Below are positions 40,792 through 54,400 of a DNA stretch of 64,000 nucleotides, piece after piece. Position 1 is the first letter of the stretch, and the number at the start of each line of letters is the position of its first letter. Position numbers and translations under genes: made by a program. A model generated the notes under the pieces. The model had not been told where the DNA came from and ran no database searches. It saw only the letters and a program-made list of their open reading frames with translations. The DNA comes from Ptychomitrium polyphyllum (Eukaryota). Location: assembly GCA_973851085.1 (NCBI GenBank), contig OZ316775.1, positions 20,150,001 through 20,214,000 of the forward strand, written 5' to 3'.

Positions 40792-41340
40792 AACATCATC
40801 ATTAATAATATCTACCTTGTGTGAAGAGTGACGGAATCGAATGTTGGATTGTGGTAGATATTGAATGTTTTAGGTGTATGACGGTATTGGGCGTGCCGTC
40901 CTCGAACCCAGAACCCACCGTTGCGCAATGGCGCCAGAATTGAGTTACCCACAGAAAATTCTACATTGTAGAGCTCAAGACCCTTTTACCATGTATGGTA
41001 AATTTATATACAACCGCCCAAGTATCACCCATGTATCACATAAGTTAAATATTCTTCAACATGTTATTTCTTGCACTGTACCACTCATATCTATCGAGAT
41101 ACTTTCTCAATAAGCAACTGTTAACAGAGGCTGAAGAATCTTACAAAGTGGTTGTTTATTTTCTTTTTGGTTTTTGCAACCACACCTTCTCCTTTAGCCA
41201 TATGACACTTGGATGATACTTGGTGATATCATGATGATACATAGGTAATATCTACATTAAATTTGGCTATACTACTTAATTTTCATACACTATTTTCTGT
41301 CAAATTTTGGATCAATTTTAATTGTAACTTATGAATATCC

Positions 41341-41457
41341 ACATCTGAATACAACATCTGAATACAACATCTGAATACACCCTCTGAATACACCGTCGAA
41401 ATACAACATCTGAATACAACGTCTGAATTCATCGTATAAAATACAACATCAGATACT
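41341..41457. repeat. 13-bp minisatellite (ACATCTGAATACA), about 9 copies
   Basis: Three perfect copies followed by diverged copies, head to tail, no spacers. Confidence 0.85.
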
Positions 41458-43769
41458 CATGTATTCTATGCAGGTATCGAGGCAGCGTTGGTATGTAAAA
41501 TCTCTGAGCTCACATTATGGTGGAGGCGACTAGCACGGTGACTCATCTTGAGTGAGTGGGCACCTGGTACTTACACCGAAATGATTGTGAGAAAATGCTA
41601 ATTGATGTCTTTCCTAAGTTTTCATCTTAATTTTAAACCATTGGATGCATGAAGTGGTCATGATCGCATTGAATGTACCTACTTGATGACATCAATATTA
41701 TTTCCGTTTTTACTTCAATAGTTTGTGACTTGTTTACATTAGTTTATCTACCTACATCAATTCTAAATAAGTTAGGCTGCAGTCATCACATCTTCAATGT
41801 GATGGCATTTAATACAAGTTTGTGTCTCAAGAGTGAAAGTCTTAAGTGAAATCCTAAATGAATTCTCAATTCATATCTGCAAATAGACAAATGTATAGAT
41901 AAAATAGAACTATAAGGAATTTTTTATAGAAACTTAAAAATATAAAAGTATTTTATTTTGATTCCATGAAAAGAATTCTCATAAACATATCATACTTTGT
42001 GTTATGAGAATCTATGTATATCAACAATAATAGGTTAATCTACCTTATGTTGATTCTATATTATTATCATAATATTTGCACAAGTTGTCTTTTTACTATT
42101 GGATGTTTATATATGTAATAATAACTTGCAATATTAAATGCAACATTTGTATAGATGTATGACGTCTTTTCTATCAATATAAATATTGTAGGGCCGTTAA
42201 AGCACATCAACACTAAAATTCTAACTCTGGACATTTAAATTATGCACAGTGTATACAACGGTGATAGGCTAAAGCCGTTGGCCTTGGATTAGGAAGAGTA
42301 GCTTTCAAGATTGAAGGCTTCCTATGAATGATGAATTAAATTCCAGCACTTTCACATGACAATAAAGTTCCAAATTTCAATTGTCATCACTTGGATTATA
42401 AATTCCTATTTTGCTACTAATCAAAGACTTGTTCCAATTGTTTTGAATTTGGTACATATTTTAGTGAAAATGAGTGTTTATTAGTTAATTTCCGAAATAT
42501 AAAAAGTAAATAAATCTCATTTTGCAAATCATGTTGAAAAGTGAAGTAATAATATTCTTGTTTTATTTTGTATTTGATCTTAGTACAAAAATTGAAAAGA
42601 ATGCTACAATTTTAGTATCCAATATGTTGAAAATTTGAAAGTCATCAAAAGTTCTACTACAATATTCTTTAAGTGCAAGGAAAAAGGATTCAATGTTTTT
42701 ACAATTTATTAATTTTTTCATTTTTGATACAAGTATTACTTACTTCATTTAAACATTTTTTTAGTTTTGGCAACAAAATATCTTGCATCTAAATCATTTT
42801 CATCTTATACGTAAATATTATGTCATTTATTACAAAAGTACTTAAAATATATATGCTAGTCTAGAAGGTCAAAGTAATGTTTCCTACCATTCCTACCATA
42901 TTTAAGCTAGAATCCCGCATTACTCTTGTAAACAATCTTTTTTGCAAATATTTGTGAACTTTTTTAAAAAACTTGGTGGATCAAAGCAAAATTTCAAAGT
43001 CCAATGCAAGTGAAAATACAAATCTTATTATGAAAATTGAATTGGTTACATAAATTCAAAGTTTGTTTTTGCAAAGGCCAAAAAACACCACTAAAGGAGT
43101 CCATTAATCATTTAAATAACAATTAGTATCAACCACTTAATGAATGCACAATCATTCAATACTCATATAATAATTGTTACACACCAAGACTATGTCTACA
43201 ACATATCATTCTTCTTAAATTTGAATGAATCCACCTTCATTTCCATTATCTCTAGTACATAATATCAATTATATCCAATTTCAATCTAGTACTACCATTC
43301 ACCAAACTCAAATTACTAATGAAAGAATTTAGTGGTTAACAATAATACACATGTTTTCTAATCTTGTAATAACTTGTAACTATGGACCTTTTTAATAATG
43401 GGTTGTTCTATCATAATGTGGGTATTGACTCTATACATATTTTTATTTAAAGCACAATGGCTAATTTAATATATAAATAGTTGAACACATATGCTTAAAT
43501 TTATTTGACTAGATTTGTGATCCAATAATCAAACAAATCAACAATCCATTTCACATTAACAATCTATGTCAAATGAAAGTCATTTGACATAGTCACTTTA
43601 ACATGTTTCTTTGAACTGAATCTTTAAACCTTCATGTGATGTTTACATTTCTACTTCACAATAACACGTTATTATGAAGTGCATTTGTGAGAGAGAGGTA
43701 TATTGTGAAGAGCGAAATTGCATTTGAAGGAACACTGCTTGAGTAAAACATTGGTGGCATAATGATAGA

Positions 43770-43892
43770 ATGCACACCCAAAACCGTCACTGTCCTTTAA
43801 CTGTCATCAAATACAAGGGCCCAAAATGAGGTCCTGAAATATTGTATTGGATGATATTGGTTTATGATATAGTGCCAGTTTTGGGTATGCTT
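43770..43892. mobile_element. MITE-like inverted-repeat element
   Basis: GCACACCCAAAACCGTCACT (43772) pairs with AGTGCCAGTTTTGGGTATGC (43871-43890) at 17/20. Inner TCATCAAATACAA pairs with TTGTATTGGATGA. Confidence 0.55.
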
Positions 43893-44656
43893 CCCTTATA
43901 CTGCAGTTTCAGAAGCTTGTGTATGAGTAGAAGGCCCATGTGATGTAGATGGACAGTAAACCACTCTACACCAAAAACCAAAAATTGTTTTTTGAAGTTG
44001 CAATATCAAATCAATACTTTGCAACCATTCATTCAATGTTTCATAACATTCTTTAGTTAGATGATCTTGTACCATAATCAATAGCACAAGAATAGTTTCC
44101 ATTTCTTTCTTAAATATTAAGCTTTATTAAATATAGTCTCAAAGGGATGTTTTAAAGATATATATATTTGAGTTCCATTAGAATTCAATCTTTTGGATTT
44201 TTATTAGTACTACAAAAACCTTCATGTATCATCATTAGTATTTGAAACTAGGCTTTTAATTTTTGAGTCATTTTCCTAAAAAACTACTTGCCAAACAATA
44301 AAAAATTATGTGAGTTGAATTGAAGGAAATTTTCAATTCTTTAAATATAAAATTTATATTGAAATTGAAATAATCATATGGAGTGGAAATTAATTAGTTG
44401 AAAAACTCTTAGAACAATCAATCAATGCATTATGGTTATTAATCTATAAAAACACTTTTTTTTGCTAAGTTAGTTGATTTTTCTTATAAAGTATCTACAA
44501 TTTTGTCTATGAAAGTTGAAAGTTTGTTTAATTGTTGAAATGATCACTTTATATATCCACTCAATTAATTCTACTTAAAACCTTCAATCTTGACAATGCA
44601 TATTTTTTGGTTTAGCTTAGAGTTGTTGGCCCTATATTTGTATTTTGTTATAGTTC

Positions 44657-44824
44657 TTTATTTCTAATATACTTTATTCCATATCCTATAATTCTGAAGT
44701 CTTGCCTTGTCATTTATTTCTAATATACTTTATTCCATATCCTGTAATTCTAAAGCCTTGCCTTGCCATTTATTTCTAATATACTTTATTCCATATCCTG
44801 TAATTCTGAAGCCTTGCCTTGTCA
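44657..44824. repeat. 3 x 56-bp tandem repeat
   Basis: TTTATTTCTAATATACTTTATTCCATATCCT(A/G)TAATTCT(G/A)AAG(T/C)CTTGCCTTG(T/C)CA starting at 44657, 44713 and 44769. Confidence 0.9.
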
Positions 44825-45977
44825 TTATTTTGTCCCTTATAGGAACAAGCTAAGGTTTGCCAAAGTCTTTGATCAAATTAGTAATTTATAACAGCTGCAC
44901 ATCTTAGACTTGTATTATTGTCTATAGGAAGTTGGCCAACAACAAGATGATTTACCTTGATTAATGTCAAATTGTATAAAGAAGTTGTACTACTAGCTCA
45001 TTTCTTTTATATGGCTAAAAATATGCAATTGCTATGGCAAACTTTCTTGGCTTGTATAACTTGCATTAAGGCAATGGCAAAATAATTTAACAATTAAAGA
45101 AGTATCGAAGTTTTGATGCATATGAACTAGAAATAACTATTAGATATGTGCTTTTATTTGTTTTTATATGGCATGGTTAGACCAATTGAAAGATGTGCTA
45201 TATTCATGTATTACATATTATCACTAACTGTTTTTGAAATGCATTGTTAGAATGGCAACACAAATAATCATATAGCCAAAATTTTATAAACAAGTTGGAC
45301 ATTAAGTACATTTCATCTATAAATGTCTACTATTTTCATCCAATATTAATAGTTCTATCAAAAAAATTCATAATATTCTTAATATTTTGACTTTTTCATG
45401 TATTTTATAAAAAAATTTGGCTTTGTACCGAAAATTAAATAATAGTGTATTTTGGCTTTATATTGTCAAAATTTCATTCCATACAAGATTGAAGGAGTCT
45501 AAAAATAACAAAAGAGAAATGGTAATGCAATACCATAAATGCCAAGACATACAACATATTATTATAATTTAATTCTTAAGATTTCTTATCTTTAAAACAA
45601 ATAGAAAGAAAGATTAAAAACAAGAAATCAAATCTAAGATGTAAAAATTTGCAATAATTACATAATAATATTGTATAATGCAAAATTATTGTATGTAAAT
45701 TAATAGAAGACTATTGTTTTACTTTTGAGATTCAATTTTGTTCCCATAATTCAAAAACAATACTTTGTATTTATTTGAAATATGTAGGTAAAATAGAAGT
45801 TTCAATTTCAAGTAGAAAAATGTCATAGTAATGTTTTTAAAATCAAAAGTCATATGTATGTGTATTATATGAAATTGAAAAATTGTATTTATTTTTTGTA
45901 TTACAAAATGGCCAAGTTTGGCTCTAAAATTCTTATTTTGATAATTATTATGGCCAATATGAGAAAAATAATTAAAA

Positions 45978-46025
45978 AAATTTCTTGTCTAAATTAGTTA
46001 TAAATTTCTTGTCTAAATTAGTTAT
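45978..46025. repeat. 2 x 24-bp direct duplication
   Basis: AAATTTCTTGTCTAAATTAGTTAT twice. Confidence 0.8.
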
Positions 46026-47470
46026 TTGTAAACGTGGTTTTTAACTTAATAATGTTTCATATTAATACTAGATTTGTCTATTATAAATTTTTTAACGTAT
46101 GTGAATTTGAATGATTAGATTTTCATTTTATCTTATTAAAATTACATTATTAGTTTCTTAAATGTAATTTTCTTTAAATTTTAATATATAATTTTGATAT
46201 AATACATGTATCTTTTAAATGACTTAAACTATATTAAGTTTTGTGTATTCAAAATATAAAATGTATAATCCTTATAAACTACAATGCAATGATTTAAGAA
46301 TCATATTTAATTGTTGGTATTGAAAGTGGATAGTAGAAATGGATTTTACAAGTTAGAATTTCATTTATTGTTCCAATTATAAGTGATATATAACATCTAC
46401 AAAATCCATCTTTAAGCTTTTAATTTCTTTTGAATAAAAAAAATTTTAAAAATGACTTATAACATGAACTTGAATTAAAGCATAATTCAACTATGTGAGG
46501 CATTTTATAATTCAATTTTTCATGTATACATCAATTGCATAATTTTCATTTTTTTTCTTCTTTTCTTTGTTGAAAATTTCATGTAATTGAGATTGAATCT
46601 AGTTCCATAAAACTTCTTTATTGCTTAAAAAATTCTTATTATTAAGTTTCTTAACATAAATTAAAGCACGTGAATTACTTATAATTCTTTTTGTAGTCTC
46701 TTCAATGAAGTTAATTAAACGCAAAAAATGATTAAAGACAAGAATGGCTATCTCCTTCTAAACCTATTTATAATCAAATATCATGGACAAAATCATAATA
46801 AAAAACAAAAAATATTTCAATAAAGCATTTGATATAATTTCAATTATGAAATAGAAGTCATTGTGATTGGCCAAGCTTTCATGTATGGATGAAATTTGCT
46901 TGCAAAAAAATAGAAGTAGGTAGTCAGATAGATTCTAATTTATTCTTAATTATGACAATTTGGTTCATTGTGCTAGTGTAAAGTTACTAATAATAAAGGG
47001 GCAATTTTTCTGTTAAAACTTCATTAGAGATCTTTTTTTGTTGTAAAAAATCCTAATGTTCTCCTTTCATTCTACAATGCTCCTCATATCAAAGCATTTA
47101 TTCAAAAATCTCTTCCTTTGCCTCACCAAGAAGCATCATTTGTACAATGAATTGACAAAATGTCCACGTTCTACATTATTCTATCACACTACATTGTCTT
47201 ATCACATCATCAATAAACCCAAATTTTATGGAAATCCTGATTTCACGGTGTTAACAAGTTATCTTGCATGATTGTTAAGAATTCCACAACCATAACAAAA
47301 TCCACTTGCAGCTATATAGATCTTTGGTCCTTAAAAGGTAAAAATCAGTATGCAATTGACCAAAGCTAACTGGAGCCAATTTCGAGTAAGTGCATTCAGC
47401 CCAATCACATTAAACCCAAATAAGGATCAAAACAAGAAAAATGCCCACATCGAACTTGGAAATCTCATCT

Positions 47471-47657
47471 CCAATACCCAAAACCGTCAGTGTACGCGAA
47501 ACCGACATCGGCTCCCAAACTCATTCATTCCGGTTCATGACGACTACAATATCTCCGTATTGGTCGCAGATAAAGTACCTGTATCCAGATTTCGACATTA
47601 CCTACGCATTCAGCAGCGGATGTCGGTTTTGCGTACAGCGACGGCTTTGGGTGTAGG
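47471..47657. mobile_element. MITE-like element with ~44-bp terminal inverted repeats, upstream of NDX
   Basis: CCAATACCCAAAACCGTCAGTGTACGCGAAACCGACATCGGCTC versus CAGCGGATGTCGGTTTTGCGTACAGCGACGGCTTTGGGTGTAGG, 36/44 reverse-complement identity by manual count. Confidence 0.65.
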
Positions 47658-48475
47658 CCTCCCTCAGCGCTGCCGTTCTAGGTTAGGACGTCATTGATTG
47701 TAGTACAATGCAGACGAAGAGAGGTCAGTTCCCAAACCCGTCACACTCCCCAACACCAGCAGTATCTGCCGCCTGCTTAAAGTATGCAATAGAAAATCCA
47801 CAATGTCTAGGACGACGACGGATTTTGGGCAGCGGGCTGCCGCAAATGGGAATGTCACGGTCACGGGGGTGGGAGATATGGGGACCTGGAGGGGTTGGGG
47901 ACCTCGTGTGGCCGATATGGGGACGTGAAACGGAGCAAGAAGGAAAGGCGGAGAGAGGCGAACAAGTCACAAGCGAAGGCTAACCGAGCAAGTTTGTTGT
48001 GTTTTTTCGTTTCAGCGATGGCGAGAAGAAGCGACACCTGCAGCTCTTAGGGTCCGCCTGCGCAGCCTATCTGCTACGTCTCCTCTCTCCCCGCGCGTCT
48101 CCTGCCATAGCCGCATTCGTTCTCTTCCTCCTCGTCTATTCTTAATCTTGTTCATCTTCTTTTGGACTCTCTCCCGCTCTCTGAGCAACAAGCTTCAACC
48201 GTTTCTTTCTCTCGTAATTTCTTGCCGTCGTTCTCCGGCGATGAATGCTTTCGTGTTGAAGAGTGGGATGATATGATAGCGCTGTCTTTGGCTTCTTTTG
48301 TCGTCACATTGCGCACGTTGGAAAAATTTTCGTCCGTTTTGGTGGTTAGAAGGGATTAGGTGATTTTATTAGAGAGGCGGAGAGTGGAGGACAATAGGAT
48401 TGGACTGGTTTGTTTGCTTTTTGTTTTTGTTATATCTCCTTTTGTTTCGGTGCGAGTTTCGAATAGAAGTAGAGA

Positions 48476-51400
48476 ATGCTTGATGCGGTGAGAAGCGTGG
48501 AGAGCGAAGGGAGTCCTTACGACGTCGTGGAGGCTGATCAGGTTCTTGAAATTCCCGGGAAGGAATTTAAGCGCGCGGGGGCTGATCAGAGTGTTTGTTT
48601 CTCCCCGGAGCAATACAAGAAAAGGGAGAAGCGGAGACAGGTGCGGGAATTCGTGTGCTGCTATTCCTCTTTTCATGATAATTGTCGTCTCGAGCGGCTT
48701 TACCTGTTCCCGTTGAAATTGGAAAAGGGGAAGGGGCTTATGATTATAATAGCTCTTTATTCAAACTGTGAGGAGAATTCAGGGCTCTGGTGCCTGTGGA
48801 AAAAGTCAGCTTATGAAAGAAATAATGTGCATTAACATCGTTTTGTGGATATTTTTTGCGATTGTGCTTTTGCTGCAGCTTGTTGAACTTAGTCCTCTGA
48901 ATTGTTGAATTAGATTTCACTTTTGGGAGTGACAGCAGGTAATTATTACACAAGTAGGCCGATAGTAGAAGTTGTAAACATTATCTGAGGTTTTTGGCTT
49001 GCACTGCTATCATGAGCGTGAAGAGTTGATAGTTATCGGCTAGAGTTGCTAGGAATGCGGGATAATATTGAACAGTCAGCTCCATGTACTTCTGGATGGG
49101 ATGTTTTTAAACTATAGGCTAATTTATAGGTTAATATCTTTGTTATATGATTCTGAATTCATAAAAAGATGTGGAATTTTTGAATCAGTTATAAGCTGAT
49201 ATTGTTCAAGGTTCTCCAAATTGCATATATAAGCTTATTTTTTGGTCTTCTCGCATCCATTAGAAATCAAAAAATAACGTTCGACAAGTAGTATTAAGCC
49301 ACTTGCTAAGGTATTCTACAAGGTGTCGGCTCTTCACATCTATCAATGGCTTGAAATGCGCAATAGGAACTCAATCGCGTCATGTGTAAAGAGTCTCTTT
49401 TAGGTTGTCAGGTTTTGATTTTATAAATACTGGAGGGAGAAGCAGCATATTGTAATTTCACTTTGCATGCATGGCATTTTTGGAATTAGTGACATTAGCA
49501 GGGTGGACCAAGCTCCTGGGGCTGATGCACTATCTTGTGGATTGGTTGTAGATGATTGAAGAATAGCACTTGACGTGATGGTTGTGATGCTACATGCAGG
49601 AAAGTGATTCAGAAGGCGAGATGGCACGGCGTGGGTCCAATGTAAATAATTTTCTCCTCTTATTGCCTGTATATGATACAAATTTATGTTTTAGATTAGA
49701 CTTTACAAAACTGACTAAGCATAGGATCTTAAGAAGTGCAACTTCCGATCAGCTTGTTTTGTCCTCGAAAGTTCTTGTGCTACAAATTATATCTCTGTGA
49801 GCTTATCTTATTGCAGATTATTGATGAATTTGTGGCCGTCGAAGAACTTCATGCATTAAGTCCCAAAGACATGAGCTCACTTCTAATTGAAGATGACTCT
49901 CTCACACTGAAGCTGAGCTCTGCTAAAGGTGTCGCATTCACAGTAAGCTCTTTCCTTCAATCATCTAAATGGTACCGACAGTCTTGAATATTGACGTTGT
50001 TTATTTATGTTTCGGCGCAGTTATATTGTAGTGGCAAGATGAGGAATATTTGGTGTTTGTTGAATCCATCAGCTGTTCAAACATTACATATATTTTCTTG
50101 GCCTTACATGTTCTATTTTTAGCTGAAAGCAAACGAGCTTCTGCCTCATGATTGTTTATTAGTTTTCCATCATTGGAACTTGAAGTCTGAAAGATCCATA
50201 CCCAATCCTAGCGAACGTCATCTCTTATCAGATTGACCATCTTCGATAATTGACAAGTTGGTAACACTTTTATAGAAACTGTTTATCTCTGAATTTTCGT
50301 GACGTGCTTGGTTGATTCTCTGATTGCAGGTTGATGTGGAGAAATTAGCTGGCTGCCTTCCTTTGCATCTTATGGCATATGTCGCTTCCAGCGGCAATGA
50401 GCCACGCTTGCGATATTGGCTACGTTCTGTGCGATTGCTTCACACTTTGAGTTCCTTAGCTCATGGTTACCCTAAACTTTCACAGGTGTGCTGCCTGAAT
50501 GCAACTGCATGTAAATGAATGTTGACAGTATTATTTGGGATCCACAATCCTCAATTTGGTTTTGAGATATTGGTATATACTGCTTTAGAAATTCTGCAGA
50601 TGGATTATGGACAGTGCGTCGTCCTTAGTTACGTTCTCTTAATTTTTGTTTCGTACTTTATGCGATCGCTTTGGTGTCCATCTGTATAGATAATAGTTTC
50701 AAACCTATGGGCATAGACCTATATGACTAACCCACCGTTTACACATGTAGATTAAATTTTGAATTTATCTGTTGATCTGACTTATCCACAAATATTTAGA
50801 CATGGTCCGCATAGATTTGATCCATTTCGCTTTATGGACTGCAGTTTAATTTGTTATATAACTGCAGTGCGTCAGCTCGATCACACATCTAGATAAACCA
50901 CAAAATTTGAGGGCATAAACTACACACTTTTGTTGGTTTTGTAGGTATTACTACAAGACGTGAAGACAAGGATGCAGATTCTTGATCTTGTCACTTACAT
51001 GCTTGTTGTTTTAGCTAATATGGAGCAGGTTCGTTTCTTACCGTATTTGTCGTTTCTTGTACTGGGTTGTGTTTTATCTTTTTATATTTTGTATCTTGTA
51101 GTGTGAGTCTTCTTTTGGGTAGAACAGACAATGTTGGCAACACTAAGATATCTTTGAATGTTTTCATTTCTCAAATACCTTGGCAGAGCTTCGCTGGCTA
51201 TTCCACTGATGCATGGAGTTGGTCACAGTGGTCTTATTGCACAGAAAGCAGTAGGTCATATTGTTTTACAGACGTCCTTTACAGCTATGTCTTAGCTCCA
51301 ATGTCATCCTTTTCTGCCTTGACACATGTATAGGAGGGTCGAGGGGGAGGCTTCATAGCAGTGCTTCATACTGCATCAGTGGCATGTAGTCTGTACCTGT

Positions 51401-54400
51401 TAATGGCTTTTATCAGTCATGACTGGTTGGACATTGCCCATGTACTTCTTGCTCATCCAAAGGTATTTTTATAATCTTTGTAATTTACACCGTTGTGTCC
51501 TGTCGTTTGGATATAGTTTGTTGAATCTTCCTTGAGAGTAATGATTGAATAAGAAGAGCAGGTACTAAAATGCTTTCTTTCAACGTGCAATAACTGGATT
51601 TCCTGCACCATTATAATAAAAAATAGAACGAATAGTTTGTATGTGGTTGGTTTTTGTAAGTATCATTTTCCTTGAGTATTTGAGTATGCCGCCTTACTCC
51701 TTTCTCCAGAATATATGAAGTTACAAGAAATAAAATAGTCTTGCCTTGTTCTGCCACATCCACTTCAAACGACCTTTTTTGTTGTGATCAGGTAGACGTC
51801 TTCATGGATGCAGCCTTTGATGTTGTCAAACGAGACATTGTGCTTCTTCAAGTGAAGTTGCGCTCTCTGAGTACCAAGCTGTCTGCAAAGAAGACCACAT
51901 TTGAATCTGCAGAGCGTGTTGCTCAAGTCACTGCATTGCAATGCGAGGCATCACTTCAAGTGCTTCAACATCTTTGTGTTACACCTACTTTTAGGGATCA
52001 AGTACTTGGCCACAAGGTCAGTTCATCGTGCACTTTAGAGCAAAGAATTGGCTATTGAGTGCATAAACTCTTTCTTGTTCCTGATTTTATTTAGCCTTTC
52101 ATTGTGTAAGAAGTTGGTAAGAAGGTTGTCCTTATTAGCATCGTGTGCCTTCCCATGCCTCTCTTCACCCTCCTGTTTACAGCCTACAAGTATTCGGATC
52201 CTCTCAACATTATCTTGCTGGCTAGGCATGATTATGTCTGTTTTGCATGCTATAGTGTACTTCTTTTTAAAGAGGAAGTTTCATCCTGCATTTCTTGATC
52301 TCAGTGACAGATTGGCTTGGTTGTTTTTCATTTTGTCCATGGATTGTCTTCAAGAACTTTGCATGAAAGGTGCTGATTACTGCTTTTCATTTGCCAACTG
52401 TACCAGGAGCTCTGCAAAAATGGTGGCATTCTGAAATTAGTTCTTGCAGTGCTTAGGCTACAACTGCCGCCTGTATTTTCAAGTTCCAAACCTCTGAACG
52501 CCACTTTTTCTCGCTCTAAAGCCAAAGCTTTGGTAATGGTGAGTAACAATGTAGCTATGAGAAACCGTGCTTTATAGGAGTTGCTCGCCTGTCCATATGT
52601 TTGGAGCTACGTGATGATTCATAGAGACTTTGTGGCAGTTAACATCTTGCTTCTTACTAGAGATATTTTAGTATATTCTCACAGATTCGACTACTTAAGT
52701 TCTCTCTTGTCCTACTCTTGGAGACGTATATATGACGGTGCCTTTTTGCTGTGTCAGATGCTTAAATTCTGCGAATCGGAAGAGTGCTCATTTTTGGATG
52801 AAGTAGCTGCTGAACCACACGCCATGCAGCTTGCAGAGCAAGTTGCACATGAGGTGAACAGTTATTCACATCTCTGAGCAGTCTGTTTGTTTTTGTTGTA
52901 GGTGTGCAAGACCAGCGAAGCTCTTTCTCATAATCCTATGAGATTTTAATAGTTCCAACTAAGGCTTGATTTGGTCTACTATTTAACATATCCAAGATGA
53001 AGTTTAAAATACGTCTTGGGATTATCTAGTTGTATAAAAATGCATTGTCGAGGATGTCTTGTGAGATTGGTACTATTACATGTTGTTCTGGTTCAAGTTA
53101 ATTGACACATCTCTATTGGCAGGTGCTTTTGTTAGTGAAAGGGGCTTTGCTGGAAGATCCAAGACTTATTGAAGATGAAGAAGAGGAGAAAAAGAACCCA
53201 ATGGGATTGATGCATATAACTTCTCTGCGCCTGGCTGACATATTTTCTGATGACTCAAATTTTCGCAACTTGGTGATGGATAAGATTGTGCGTGAGATTT
53301 CTTCCGGAATATTTTGTTACAGTCTGCGGCTCGAGCATGTACTCTAGTTTCAGGAGCAGCAAATTGCCAGTCTCTTTGAGTTATGGTCTTCTGTGACGTT
53401 GTTTATTCTCGATAGTAGTTGCGGGTTAGAGGAGTTGTGAGATCAAGCCTGCCTGGTCGTTCTGTAATTTGTCTTGTTCACATAGATATGTGGAAGAAGC
53501 CGAAGTTGACTAAAGTTACATTTTTTGCAGGCTCCTGACTTGGCTGCTGTACTGGCAGTTGTTCCAACAAAGTTCCAAGAACGTTGGTGTGGAGGCCCTA
53601 TAGCCCGAGAGTTGGCAGTGGGAGAGCAGGATGCATCATTAATATTCGATCCATTTGAAGCTGCAGGTGAAGCTATGGCAGCTGCTGCAAAGGTGAACGG
53701 TCCAGGTGTTTTTGTTCAGGAGGAACCTTGCAATCCCCCAGACTTTCAGATTATTCCTTTGGCAGCTACCGCTCATCAGACTCGGGCAGCTTTGTTGGTG
53801 AAGTTATTTGCAAACTTTTATTGTTTTAATGCGGAGGTCTGCCCAGGTATGCTACGCATCATTCACTTTTATTCTCTTATGATGCTATTTATTGCATATT
53901 CAGGTTGTTTCATTCCATATTTTCAGGGGTTTATCTATATTATAGACGTAAATATTTTCCCTCGTCTGAAAGTTTGTCAATGTTTTGATTTGAATTTGTG
54001 CTTGGAGGTTTCACAGAGGCAGATTCACAGAAAGCGTTACCACTTCTCACTGACCCTTTTTAGGGACGTTCTTCATTTTCAGACTTATACATTGCTATAT
54101 GTACCCATTTATTGTTAGCATGCCAATGCAAAGATGCTTTCTCTCAACGTAATCAGATTGTTGTAGTGTATTAGTCACAACTAAACACAATCTTTCTTTT
54201 TGCAGCTGATGAAAAGGATCGGTTTATGGATGTATTTTTTCGATGCCTTCAGGAAGGGCCTTTAGATTCTGGTCATCCCTTGTTCTTCCTAAGTTTGGAG
54301 CGAACAGCTGTGCGAATATGTGAAAACCTTCGTAAATTCCTATCCACGATTCTATGTCAAAGTCTATTACCAAATTCTGAGTTCAGAACGATCTCATATC

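Noticed and set aside
41341..44824. 13-bp and 56-bp arrays as CRISPR
   Set aside because: Head-to-tail units with no unique spacers, no cas genes, and a eukaryotic context.
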